Assembly (NCBI GenBank): GCA_963708135.1
Contig: OY970192.1
Location: 1,600,001 to 1,664,000 of the forward strand
Direction: 5' to 3'
DNA from: an uncultured Gemmatimonadales bacterium
GTDB lineage: Bacteria; Gemmatimonadota; Gemmatimonadetes; Longimicrobiales; RSA9
Length of the DNA: 64,000 bases
Under the pieces are notes generated by a model, which was not told the origin of the DNA, ran no database searches, and saw only the letters and a program-made list of their open reading frames with translations. Each line of letters starts with the position of its first letter. Positions within the stretch are counted from its first letter, which is position 1. Made by a program: the position numbers and the translations under genes. Below, in pieces: positions 33,446 through 41,017 of this stretch.

Positions 33446-33900
33446 GCCTGCCTCCTGAGGGTGGGGCGCGCCGTGTCGAGGCGCATGGGTTCGGCGGCGT
33501 CGTCGAGGGTGCGCCAGAGGTTGTAGATGAAGAGGGCGCCGCCGGCGGCGCTGGCGGCGGCGCCTCCGGCCACGAGGATCTGCCCGAAGGTAGCGGAGGC
33601 GGCGCGGATGATCCAGCCGGCCACGAGGCCGGCCAGCCCGAGGTTGGCGAGCCAGAGGTGGGCTGCGGCGGCGCGCCGGCTGTGGAGCGGGGCGCCGCTG
33701 AAGCGCGGCAGGACGTGGTAGCCGACGCCGAAGATCATCATGCTGACGAAGCCGAGCAGGTTGGCGTGGACGTGGGCGGGACGCACGATGGCGGCGCGCA
33801 TCGGGTCGGCCACGAGGCAGAGGCCGAGTAGGCCGCCCACGCCGAACCAGGCGAGGGCGGAGCGGATGAAGCGGCGAACGAACGGTTCCATCGGAGGCAT
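33442..33900 (-). CDS. Small four-TM membrane protein related to a heme-copper oxidase/NorB subunit I segment
   Basis: MEPFVRRFIRSALAW...AHVHANLLGFVSMMIFGVGYHVLPRF...HLWLANLG. Start is 33900 or 33891. Confidence 0.72.
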   Translation of the reverse strand: MPPMEPFVRRFIRSALAWFGVGGLLGLCLVADPMRAAIVRPAHVHANLLGFVSMMIFGVGYHVLPRFSGAPLHSRRAAAAHLWLANLGLAGLVAGWIIRAASATFGQILVAGGAAASAAGGALFIYNLWRTLDDAAEPMRLDTARPTLRRQA

Positions 33901-33986
33901 TCTCCCTTCCGGCATCGGCGGGGGGACGGCGCGGCGGCGAGCGTCCAGGGTCTGCGACCAAGCTCGGGGACCGGTGGCCGCGGCGC

Positions 33987-34002
33987 TGTGATGCCGGTCA
34001 CA
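33987..34002. promoter_or_regulatory. CRP/FNR-family binding site
   Basis: Exact TGTGA-N6-TCACA, centred at -41.5 relative to the start site implied by a GAGCTT -10 (33960-33965, minus strand). Confidence 0.7.
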
Positions 34003-34054
34003 CGACGCGCGGGAGGGGGCGGAACCCGGGTCATCGCGGGGGGTTTGGAGAGCC

Positions 34055-34735
34055 ATGCGCATCCTGGTGGTGGAGGACGACCGCAAGGTGGCGAGCTTCC
34101 TCGAGCGGGGGCTGCGCGAGGAGGGCTACGCGGTGGACGTGGCGCACGACGGGGCGACGGGTGCCATGGAGGCGCACGTCTACGATTACGATGCCCTGGT
34201 CCTGGACGTCATGCTGCCGGGGCGGAGCGGGCTGGAGATCGTGCGCGACCTGCGGGCGGCGGGGAAGGCGGTGCCGGTGCTCCTGCTCACGGCGCGCGAC
34301 TCCACGGACGACGTCGTGCGCGGGCTGGATGCCGGCGCGGACGACTACCTGACCAAGCCGTTCGCCTTCGATGAGCTGCTGGCGCGCGTGCGGGCGCTGG
34401 TGCGCCGGGGCGGGGCGCAGCGGCTCGAGCGGCTCGCGTACGCGGACGTCGAGATGGACCGCATCGCGCACACCGCCGCGCGCGCCGGCGAGCCGCTCGA
34501 CCTGACGCCGAAGGAGTTCGAGCTGCTCGAGCACTTCCTGCTGCGCCCGGAGGCGGTGGTCCGGCGCACGGAGCTCCTCGAGAAGGTGTGGGACCTGCAC
34601 TTCGATCCTGGCTCGAACGTGGTGGACGTGCACGTGGGCAACCTGCGCCGGAAGCTGGCCCGACCCGGCGCGCCGCCGCTGATCCACACGATCCGGGGCG
34701 TCGGCTACATGATGCACACTGGCGAGCCGGCGTGA
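34055..34735 (+). CDS. OmpR-family response regulator (CusR/CzcR-like)
   Basis: ILVVEDD, LDVMLP, LTARD, GADDYLTKPF, NVVDVH, TIRGVGY. Confidence 0.95.
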   Translation: MRILVVEDDRKVASFLERGLREEGYAVDVAHDGATGAMEAHVYDYDALVLDVMLPGRSGLEIVRDLRAAGKAVPVLLLTARDSTDDVVRGLDAGADDYLTKPFAFDELLARVRALVRRGGAQRLERLAYADVEMDRIAHTAARAGEPLDLTPKEFELLEHFLLRPEAVVRRTELLEKVWDLHFDPGSNVVDVHVGNLRRKLARPGAPPLIHTIRGVGYMMHTGEPA

Positions 34736-36174
34736 CGCGCTCCTTCCGCTTCCAGCTGGCCGGCCGGCTCACGGCCGCGATGGCCGCCGTGCTCGCGGCG
34801 GTCGGCCTCGCGGGCTACATCGCGCTCCGCGCCACGCTCGACCGGCAGATCAACGCGAGCCTGCTGAACGTGGCCTCCATCCAGGGGGCCTCCGTGGCGC
34901 AGCCGAACAGCCCGGTCATGCGCTTCCACGAATGGGAGCTCACGCCGGCGGAGGCCGCATCGATCCGGGACCTGAACCGCTACGCGGAGGTCTGGTCGGA
35001 GGCGGGGCGGAGCCTCCTGCGCACCCGCTACATGACCCGCGACCTGCCGCTCGACCTGGCGGCGCTGAAGGCGGCCGGGGCCGGCCGGATCACCTGGGCC
35101 GAGCAGCGCTACATGGGAATTCCGATCCGGTCCGTCTTCTACCCGCTGGGCCGGATCGGTGCGATCCACGGGCAGCACGTGCTCCAGGTGGCCGCGCCGC
35201 TCGATGCGCGCAACCGGACGCTGCGCGGGATGATGCTCATCCTCGTCGGGCTGGGCCTCGTGGCCACCGTCGGCACCTTTCTCGGTGCGTCCTGGCTGGC
35301 CGGCCGGGCCGTCCAGCCGGTGCACCAGATCACGGACCAGGCCGAGGCGATCGGCGCCGGCACCCTTGCCCACCGCATCCGCGCGGACGCCTTCTCGGCC
35401 GAGTATCAGCGCCTCGTCCAGGTGCTGAACACGATGCTGGCGCGCCTCGACGGCGCCTTTCAGAGCCAGCGCCGCTTCACCGCGGATGCCAGCCACGAGC
35501 TGCGCTCCCCGCTCACCGCGATGCGCGGCGAGATCGAGCTGGCGCTCCGCAAGCCGCGCGAGCCGGAGGAATACCGGCGCGTGCTCGCGAGCGTGCTGGA
35601 GGAGGTCGAGCGGCTGTCCGAGACCGCCTTCGACCTGCTCACGCTCGCGCGATCGGACGCCGGCGTGCTCCCGGCCCGACTGCGCGCCGACGATCTCGTG
35701 CCGCCGGTGCGGGCCGCAGCGACGCGCCTCGGGATCGCCGCCAGCGAGAAGGGCGTGGAGCTCGAGCTCGACCTCCCGCCCGCCGCCCCCGCCATCCTCA
35801 ATGCCGCCCTCGTCGGACGACTCGCCTGGAACCTGATCGAGAACGCCGTGAAGTTCACCCCGTCCGGGGGCAGGGTGCAGGTGAGCGTGCGCGCCGATGG
35901 CGACGGCCCCGCCCTCGAGGTGGCCGACAGCGGCCCCGGCCTGCCGGAAAGCGACCTGCCGCGCCTCTTCGACCGCTTCTACCGCGGCGATCCCGCGCGC
36001 GTCCGCCCCGGCGAGGCAGGCGGCACGGGGCTCGGCCTCTCGATCGTGCGGGCGATCGCGGAGGCTCACGACGCGGACCTCTGCGCCACCAACGGCCCGG
36101 CCGGGGGCGCGCTCTTCCAGGTCCGCTTCCGGGCCGCCACGCCCACCTCCTCGCCCGCGCCGACCCCCGGCTGA
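34732..36174 (+). CDS. HAMP-domain sensor histidine kinase (heavy-metal sensor-like)
   Basis: Two TM segments, RRFTADASHELRSPL, ENAVKF, DSGPG, FDRFYR, GTGLGLSI. Confidence 0.95.
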   Translation: MTRSFRFQLAGRLTAAMAAVLAAVGLAGYIALRATLDRQINASLLNVASIQGASVAQPNSPVMRFHEWELTPAEAASIRDLNRYAEVWSEAGRSLLRTRYMTRDLPLDLAALKAAGAGRITWAEQRYMGIPIRSVFYPLGRIGAIHGQHVLQVAAPLDARNRTLRGMMLILVGLGLVATVGTFLGASWLAGRAVQPVHQITDQAEAIGAGTLAHRIRADAFSAEYQRLVQVLNTMLARLDGAFQSQRRFTADASHELRSPLTAMRGEIELALRKPREPEEYRRVLASVLEEVERLSETAFDLLTLARSDAGVLPARLRADDLVPPVRAAATRLGIAASEKGVELELDLPPAAPAILNAALVGRLAWNLIENAVKFTPSGGRVQVSVRADGDGPALEVADSGPGLPESDLPRLFDRFYRGDPARVRPGEAGGTGLGLSIVRAIAEAHDADLCATNGPAGGALFQVRFRAATPTSSPAPTPG

Positions 36175-36190
36175 GGCGCGCAGCTCCGCC

Positions 36191-36210
36191 GCGTGAAGGA
36201 ATCTTCACGC
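36191..36210. promoter_or_regulatory. Palindrome upstream of usp, candidate response regulator site
   Basis: GCGTGAAG-GAAT-CTTCACGC, followed by CCTCAC and CTTCAT half-sites. Confidence 0.45.
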
Positions 36211-36290
36211 GCGCCTCACCTTCCCTTCATCGGCCCCAGGCCAGATTGCGTCAGGGAAGTTGGAGTCCGCATCACAAGAGGAGGAGTCCC

Positions 36291-37253
36291 GTGATACGCC
36301 GCGTCGTGGTGGCGGTCGAGGACCGCGCTGAAGGGGTGTCCGCGGATGGCTGCGCGCTCGACTGTGCGGGCGAGATCTCGCACAGGAGCGGTGCGGAAGT
36401 GACGATGCTCCGGGTGGACCCCGCGCCCGCGGTGAGGGCCGAGCTGGAGAGCCTCACACCGTACCGGCTCGAGGGGATGGTCGAGCAGGACGTGGCCTCC
36501 GGGAGCGCCGATACCGCGACCGGTCGGGCGGCGTTCGGCACGCTGAAGGCGCGGGTCGAAGGCGCGTGGGGCGTGGAGGTTGACCCCGCCACCGCGCGCG
36601 CCGCGTCCGGTGCCTGGGTGGGCGCGGAGCGGCGCCTCGAGCGCCTCGAGGGCGATCTGTTGGTGGCCCGCTTCGGGCGCGGTCCGTGCCCGCACGGCAA
36701 CCTGGCGGAGGTCACCGAGCCGATGCTGCGCGGGCTCGTGCTCCCCGTGCTCCTCGTCCCGTCCGGGACGTGCCCGTTCCTGAGGACCCTGGACCACGTG
36801 CTCGTCGCGCTGGATGGCTCGCTCGAGGCGGAGCGGGCGCTGCCGGTGGTGGCGGACCTGCTGGCGGGCCGCGAGGCGACGCTCCACCTGCTGACGGTGG
36901 TGCAGCCGTTCTCGCCCTGGGGCGCGCTCCGGCACCGGGGCCCCGCCACGCTCTCGCGGGCGGGAGCGGAGACGTACCTGGCGGAAGTCGCCGGCGTGCT
37001 CGAGCGGACGGGCCGCGCGGTCGAGACGCACGTGCTCGAGGCGATGGATCCGGCCGAGAGCATCCTGGCGGAGGCGGGCCGGCTGCGCACCGACCTCCTC
37101 GCGCTGGCGATCGCGCCGCATGCGGGGCTGCGGCGCCTGCTCCCGCGGCGTGTCGTCCCTACGGTGCTCGAGCAGCTCGATCGTCCGCTCCTGCTGGTGC
37201 CGCCGGCCGGGCCGGAGGCGGGCGCCGGCGGGTCGGGCACACGTGCGCACTGA
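36291..37253 (+). CDS. Tandem universal stress protein
   Basis: GAGGAGGAG RBS. IRRVVVAV...LPVLLVP, then HVLVALDGS..AERAL...PLLLVP. Confidence 0.85.
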   Translation: MIRRVVVAVEDRAEGVSADGCALDCAGEISHRSGAEVTMLRVDPAPAVRAELESLTPYRLEGMVEQDVASGSADTATGRAAFGTLKARVEGAWGVEVDPATARAASGAWVGAERRLERLEGDLLVARFGRGPCPHGNLAEVTEPMLRGLVLPVLLVPSGTCPFLRTLDHVLVALDGSLEAERALPVVADLLAGREATLHLLTVVQPFSPWGALRHRGPATLSRAGAETYLAEVAGVLERTGRAVETHVLEAMDPAESILAEAGRLRTDLLALAIAPHAGLRRLLPRRVVPTVLEQLDRPLLLVPPAGPEAGAGGSGTRAH

Positions 37254-37272
37254 ACCGAAAGGGGAACAGGTG

Positions 37273-37824
37273 ATGACGCTCAGGTCCCTCGCCGCGGCAG
37301 CAGTGCTCACGGTGCTGTCGGGCGGCCTCGGCGGCTGCGGCCACGAGGTGGCTGCACCCGCCGCGTCGCCTACGATCCTGGCGTCGGTGATCCCGGCCGG
37401 CGGCTCGACCGGCGTCGATCCGAACGGCCCGATCGAGGTGGCCTTCAGCCATCCGATGATGCAGGGCATGGAGGCGTACGCCATGCTCCACGAGGGCGAC
37501 GTCACGGGGCCCGAGGTCCCGGGGGCGTGGAGCTGGTCCGACGACCGCGCCACCCTGCGGTTCGTGCCCGATGCGGCGCTGCGGCCGCGGATGCAGTACA
37601 CGATACACCTGGGCGGCAGGATGATGGACGAGGAGGGCGCGACGGTGGACATGGACGAGGCCGCGCAGAGCTGCGGCGGGCAGTGGGCGACCGGCGCGAT
37701 GTGGGGCGGCGTCGGATCCGGGCCGGGCGGGATGATGGGCGGCGCGCCGGGAGGGATGATGGGTAGCGGCTGGCAGGGCGCCAACGGCAGCTACGGGATG
37801 GTGTTCACGTTCACCACCGCCTGA
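37273..37824 (+). CDS. Met/Gly-rich lipoprotein with Ig-like (Big_5/SbsA-type) domain
   Basis: Lipobox LGGC, SVIPAGGSTGVDPNGPIEVAFSHPM, LRFVP..ALRP..QYTI, terminal FTFTT. Several MM/GMMG motifs. Confidence 0.75.
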   Translation: MTLRSLAAAAVLTVLSGGLGGCGHEVAAPAASPTILASVIPAGGSTGVDPNGPIEVAFSHPMMQGMEAYAMLHEGDVTGPEVPGAWSWSDDRATLRFVPDAALRPRMQYTIHLGGRMMDEEGATVDMDEAAQSCGGQWATGAMWGGVGSGPGGMMGGAPGGMMGSGWQGANGSYGMVFTFTTA

Positions 37825-37876
37825 GCGCCGCTTCACCGCGTCCGCCGGCGCGGTGGGGCGGAGCGGCGGCAGGATA

Positions 37877-38752
37877 TCAGGCCGCCGGGGCGGCGAGCAG
37901 CGCGCCGGCCAGGGCCGGCAGCAGGATGGCGGTGCGGCCCTCCAGCCTGGCCGCCGCGGCCTCGTCGGCACGCGTCGGGCCGAGGTTCAGGATGGCGATC
38001 GGGACCCCGTCCCGCACCGCGCGGTCGGTGAAGCGCCGCCCCGAATAGACGGTGAGCGAGGAGCCGACCACGAGCAGCGCCTCGGCCTCCTCGAAGAGCC
38101 GCCACGCCTCGTCCACGCGCTCGCGCGGCACGTTCTCCCCGAAGAAGACGACGTCGGGCTTCACGATCCCGCCGCACTCCTCGCAGGGCGGCACGCGGAA
38201 GCTCGCCGGAACCGCGGAGTCCAGCTCCGCGTCGCCGTCTGGGGCCGCCTCGACCACGGCCTCCTCGGCCGGCCGGACGATCCGCTCGGCCCAGCCGGGA
38301 TTGGCCGCGAGCAGCAACCGCTGGTACTCCTCGCGGGAAAGGGCGCGGCCGCAGCCGAGACAGCGCACGCGGCCAAGGGAGCCGTGCAGCTCCACCACCC
38401 GGCGGCTGCCGGCGGCCTGGTGCAGTCCGTCAACGTTCTGGGTGATCACTCCGCGCACGACGCCGCCGTTCTCGAGCCGCGCCAGGGAGCGGTGGCCGGG
38501 GTTCGGGCGGGCCGCGGCCACCCTGCCCCACCCGACCGAGCTGCGTGCCCAGTAGCGCGCGCGACCCTCGTGGCTGCGCACGAACTCCTGGTACTGCATC
38601 GGCTTGCGCGCACGGAGGCTGCCATCCGGGCCGCGGTAGTCGGGGATCCCCGACTCGGTGCTGCACCCGGCGCCGGCGAGGACGACCACGCGGCGGCCGC
38701 GTAGCACGTCGAGCAGGGGCGCGAGGTCGGGTGTCCTGAAGGGGTTCGGCAT
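37877..38752 (-). CDS. NAD-dependent protein deacylase, sirtuin class II (SIRT4-like)
   Basis: GAGCSTESGIPDYR, RYWARS, ITQNVDGLH, ELHG, PDGDA, KPDVVFFGE, VGSSL. Confidence 0.93.
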   Translation of the reverse strand: MPNPFRTPDLAPLLDVLRGRRVVVLAGAGCSTESGIPDYRGPDGSLRARKPMQYQEFVRSHEGRARYWARSSVGWGRVAAARPNPGHRSLARLENGGVVRGVITQNVDGLHQAAGSRRVVELHGSLGRVRCLGCGRALSREEYQRLLLAANPGWAERIVRPAEEAVVEAAPDGDAELDSAVPASFRVPPCEECGGIVKPDVVFFGENVPRERVDEAWRLFEEAEALLVVGSSLTVYSGRRFTDRAVRDGVPIAILNLGPTRADEAAAARLEGRTAILLPALAGALLAAPAA

Positions 38753-38801
38753 GGGCTCCAATCAGGGGAAACACACGGACACGGGGGTGCGCTCGGCGGG
38801 C

Positions 38802-39287
38802 TTAACCCCGGGGCCGGCTCCTCCGCAGCGTCTCCACGACCAGGCCATCCTCCAGGGTCTCGCGCGAGGCGAGCTCGAAACCCTCGAAGATGCCAGCCGG
38901 GAGGTAGGTGTCGGCGTCCGGGACGCGCTCGGGGAAGCGGGTGACGCGCCATTCCCGGATCAGCGGGGCCAGGGCCGCGTAGACCTCGGCGCCGCCGATG
39001 ACGACGACGTCGCACGGTAGCCGCTCGGCCAGCTCCGCCACCTCGGCGGCTGAGCGCAGCACGCGCGTGCCGGCCGGCGCCGGCGCGGAGCGGCTGAGCA
39101 CGTAGTTGTCGCGTTCTGGAAGAGGGCGGCCGATGGAATCGAAGGTGAGGCGGCCCATGACGACGGCATGGCCCAGCGTCGCCTTCCGGAACTGCTTGAG
39201 GTCGGCGCGGGAGTGCCAGGGGAGCGTGCCTTCGCGGCCGATGGCGAGGGCGGGGTCCACGGCCACGATGGCGCGAACCACGCGCAC
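38802..39287 (-). CDS. folA: Dihydrofolate reductase
   Basis: AIG..GTLPW, DLKQF, VMGRLTFDSIGRPLP.R, IGGAEVY. Confidence 0.93.
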   Translation of the reverse strand: MRVVRAIVAVDPALAIGREGTLPWHSRADLKQFRKATLGHAVVMGRLTFDSIGRPLPERDNYVLSRSAPAPAGTRVLRSAAEVAELAERLPCDVVVIGGAEVYAALAPLIREWRVTRFPERVPDADTYLPAGIFEGFELASRETLEDGLVVETLRRSRPRG

Positions 39288-40148
39288 CTAGACGGCCACC
39301 GGCGCGGGGACGGCGCCGTGGGGGTCATAGCCCTCGAGCAGGAGGTGCTCGTAGCGGAAGGACAGCAGCGCCTCGAGGCCGCCGCCGCGCAGGTCTCCGG
39401 CCTCGTCCACGATGCGCAGCGTGGGAGCGGGGCGCGGCTCGCGGGCGAGCACGGTCTCGACCTGCTGGAAGTGGCTCATGTAGATGTGCGCGTCGCCGAA
39501 GCTGTGGGTGAAGGTGCCCGCCTCGAGGCCGGTGACGTGGGCGACGAGGTGCGTGAGCAGCGCGTAGCTGGCGATGTTGAACGGGACGCCGAGGAAGAGG
39601 TCCGCGGAGCGCTGGAACAGCTGGCAGTGGAGGGTCCGGCCGCGCTCGACGTAGAACTGGAAGAGCGTGTGGCAGGGCGGCAGGTCCACGGCATCGGCCA
39701 CGCGCGGGTCCCAGCCGCTGACGATGAGCCGGGTGGAGTCGGGCCTGGCGACGATCTGCTCGAGCAGCCGCGCGATCTGGTCCACGCCGTTCCGCTCCGG
39801 GTAGTCCCCGCCGAAGCTGCGCCAGAGGTAGCCGTAGACGGGCCCGAGGTCGCCGGCATCGCGGCCGAAGCGGCCGGTGTGCTCCGGGTCGGCCCACTCC
39901 CGCCAGATGTCCACGCCGCGGGCGCGGAGCTCCGCCTCATCTGTGCTGCCGGAGAGGAACCAGAACAGCTCCTCCGCCACCCAGCGGAACGGCACCCGCT
40001 TGACGGTCACGAGCGGGAAGCCCTCGCGCAGGTCGAAGACGAGCTTGGGCGCGTGCGGCGTGCGCCGCCGGCCGACGCCGGTGCGGTCGTTCGGCTCGTC
40101 CCAGCCGTGGTCGCGGGTGAAGCGGAGCAGGTCCTGGTAGGGTTTCAT
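39288..40148 (-). CDS. thyA: Thymidylate synthase
   Basis: DRTGVG, FPLVTVK, LGPVYG, LPPCH, QRSADLFLGVPFN, GDAHIY. Confidence 0.96.
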   Translation of the reverse strand: MKPYQDLLRFTRDHGWDEPNDRTGVGRRRTPHAPKLVFDLREGFPLVTVKRVPFRWVAEELFWFLSGSTDEAELRARGVDIWREWADPEHTGRFGRDAGDLGPVYGYLWRSFGGDYPERNGVDQIARLLEQIVARPDSTRLIVSGWDPRVADAVDLPPCHTLFQFYVERGRTLHCQLFQRSADLFLGVPFNIASYALLTHLVAHVTGLEAGTFTHSFGDAHIYMSHFQQVETVLAREPRPAPTLRIVDEAGDLRGGGLEALLSFRYEHLLLEGYDPHGAVPAPVAV

Positions 40149-40268
40149 GGCCGCCTTGGCGTCGGGTCCCCTGCGCGTCCCACAGATTCCGGTCCGCGCG
40201 CAGGTTTGGCAAGGTCGGCGGCGCCGGCGGCGCTTGCTCGCGAGGCCGGTGCGGCCGACCTTCGAGGA

Positions 40269-40742
40269 ATGCCGACAGCACGCTCCTTCACGATCTGGGT
40301 GGATGCCGATGCCGCCCCGCGCGACGTCAAGGAGATCGTCTATCGCGCGGCCCGCCGGCTCGGCGTTCAGGCCGTGCTGGTGGCCAACCAGCGGCTCTCC
40401 CTGCCGCGGGACAACCCGCACCTGAGCGCGGTGTGGGTCCGCGGCGGTCCGGACGTGGCCGACGCGCACATCGCCGAGCACGCCCTCGCGGGCGACGTGG
40501 CGATCACGGCCGACATCCCGCTCGCAGCGATCCTGGTCGAGAAGGGCGCGGTCGTGCTCGATCCGCGCGGCGAGCGCTACACGGAAGAGAACGTGCGCGA
40601 GCGCCTCTCGATCCGCGACTTCATGGAATCGCTGCGCGGCTCCGGCGTCGAGACCGGCGGTCCCAGGCCCTACGGCGCGCGCGCGAAGCAGGCCTTCGCG
40701 GCCGCGCTCGACCGTGTGCTGGCGGAGGTGCGGCGGGGTTGA
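40269..40742 (+). CDS. YaiI/YqxD (UPF0178) family protein
   Basis: IWVDADA.P, TADIPLA, DPRGE, FAAALDR. Confidence 0.9.
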   Translation: MPTARSFTIWVDADAAPRDVKEIVYRAARRLGVQAVLVANQRLSLPRDNPHLSAVWVRGGPDVADAHIAEHALAGDVAITADIPLAAILVEKGAVVLDPRGERYTEENVRERLSIRDFMESLRGSGVETGGPRPYGARAKQAFAAALDRVLAEVRRG

Positions 40743-40749
40743 GGCGAGG

Positions 40750-40846
40750 TGGCGGGAGTGCGTGGGAGTCGAACCCACCCACCGGGGTCTTAACCCGGCG
40801 CAACGCTTTTGAAGAGCGCGAGCCGCACCGGCGACCATGCACCCCC
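40750..40846 (-). tRNA. selC: tRNA-Sec (anticodon UCA)
   Basis: 97 nt. 8-bp acceptor stem GGGGGTGC/GCACTCCC, 6-bp D stem with 4-nt loop, CTTCAAA anticodon loop, long variable arm, GTGGG-TTCGACT-CCCAC T arm, G discriminator and encoded CCA. Confidence 0.95.
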
Positions 40847-40854
40847 ACGCCCGA

Positions 40855-40883
40855 ACCGTAGCGGTATCCGGGGGCTGGAGCAA
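40855..40883 (-). promoter_or_regulatory. Putative sigma70 promoter of selC
   Basis: TTGCTC-17 nt-TACGGT, 8 nt upstream of the tRNA 5' end. Confidence 0.65.
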
Positions 40884-40893
40884 GCGGCGGCGG

Positions 40894-40977
40894 CTGGAGG
40901 TGCTCGCGGCCAACGGCGTCGAGTTCATGCTGGCGCACGACGCTGGACCGGGACGGCGCCTGACCCCGACGCCGGCC
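40894..40977 (+). pseudogene. Short remnant of phosphoglucomutase
   Basis: Reads LEVLAANGVEFMLAHDAGPGRRLTPTPA, matching the Pgm segment LEVLAANGV...TPTPA. No flanking Pgm sequence. Confidence 0.6.
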
Positions 40978-41017
40978 GCAGCCGCGGGCCCGCGGCTGCG
41001 GTTCGGCTCGCCCGCCG

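Noticed and set aside
37877..40148. Sirtuin with thyA/folA as an anti-phage or phage nucleotide module
   Set aside because: The sirtuin is a standard class II deacylase with a zinc domain, not a defence SIR2 domain. thyA-folA is a common housekeeping pair with canonical motifs.
40750..40800. selC 3' end as an attachment site of an integrated element
   Set aside because: I saw no duplicated tRNA 3' end and no integrase in the window. The search was by eye only.
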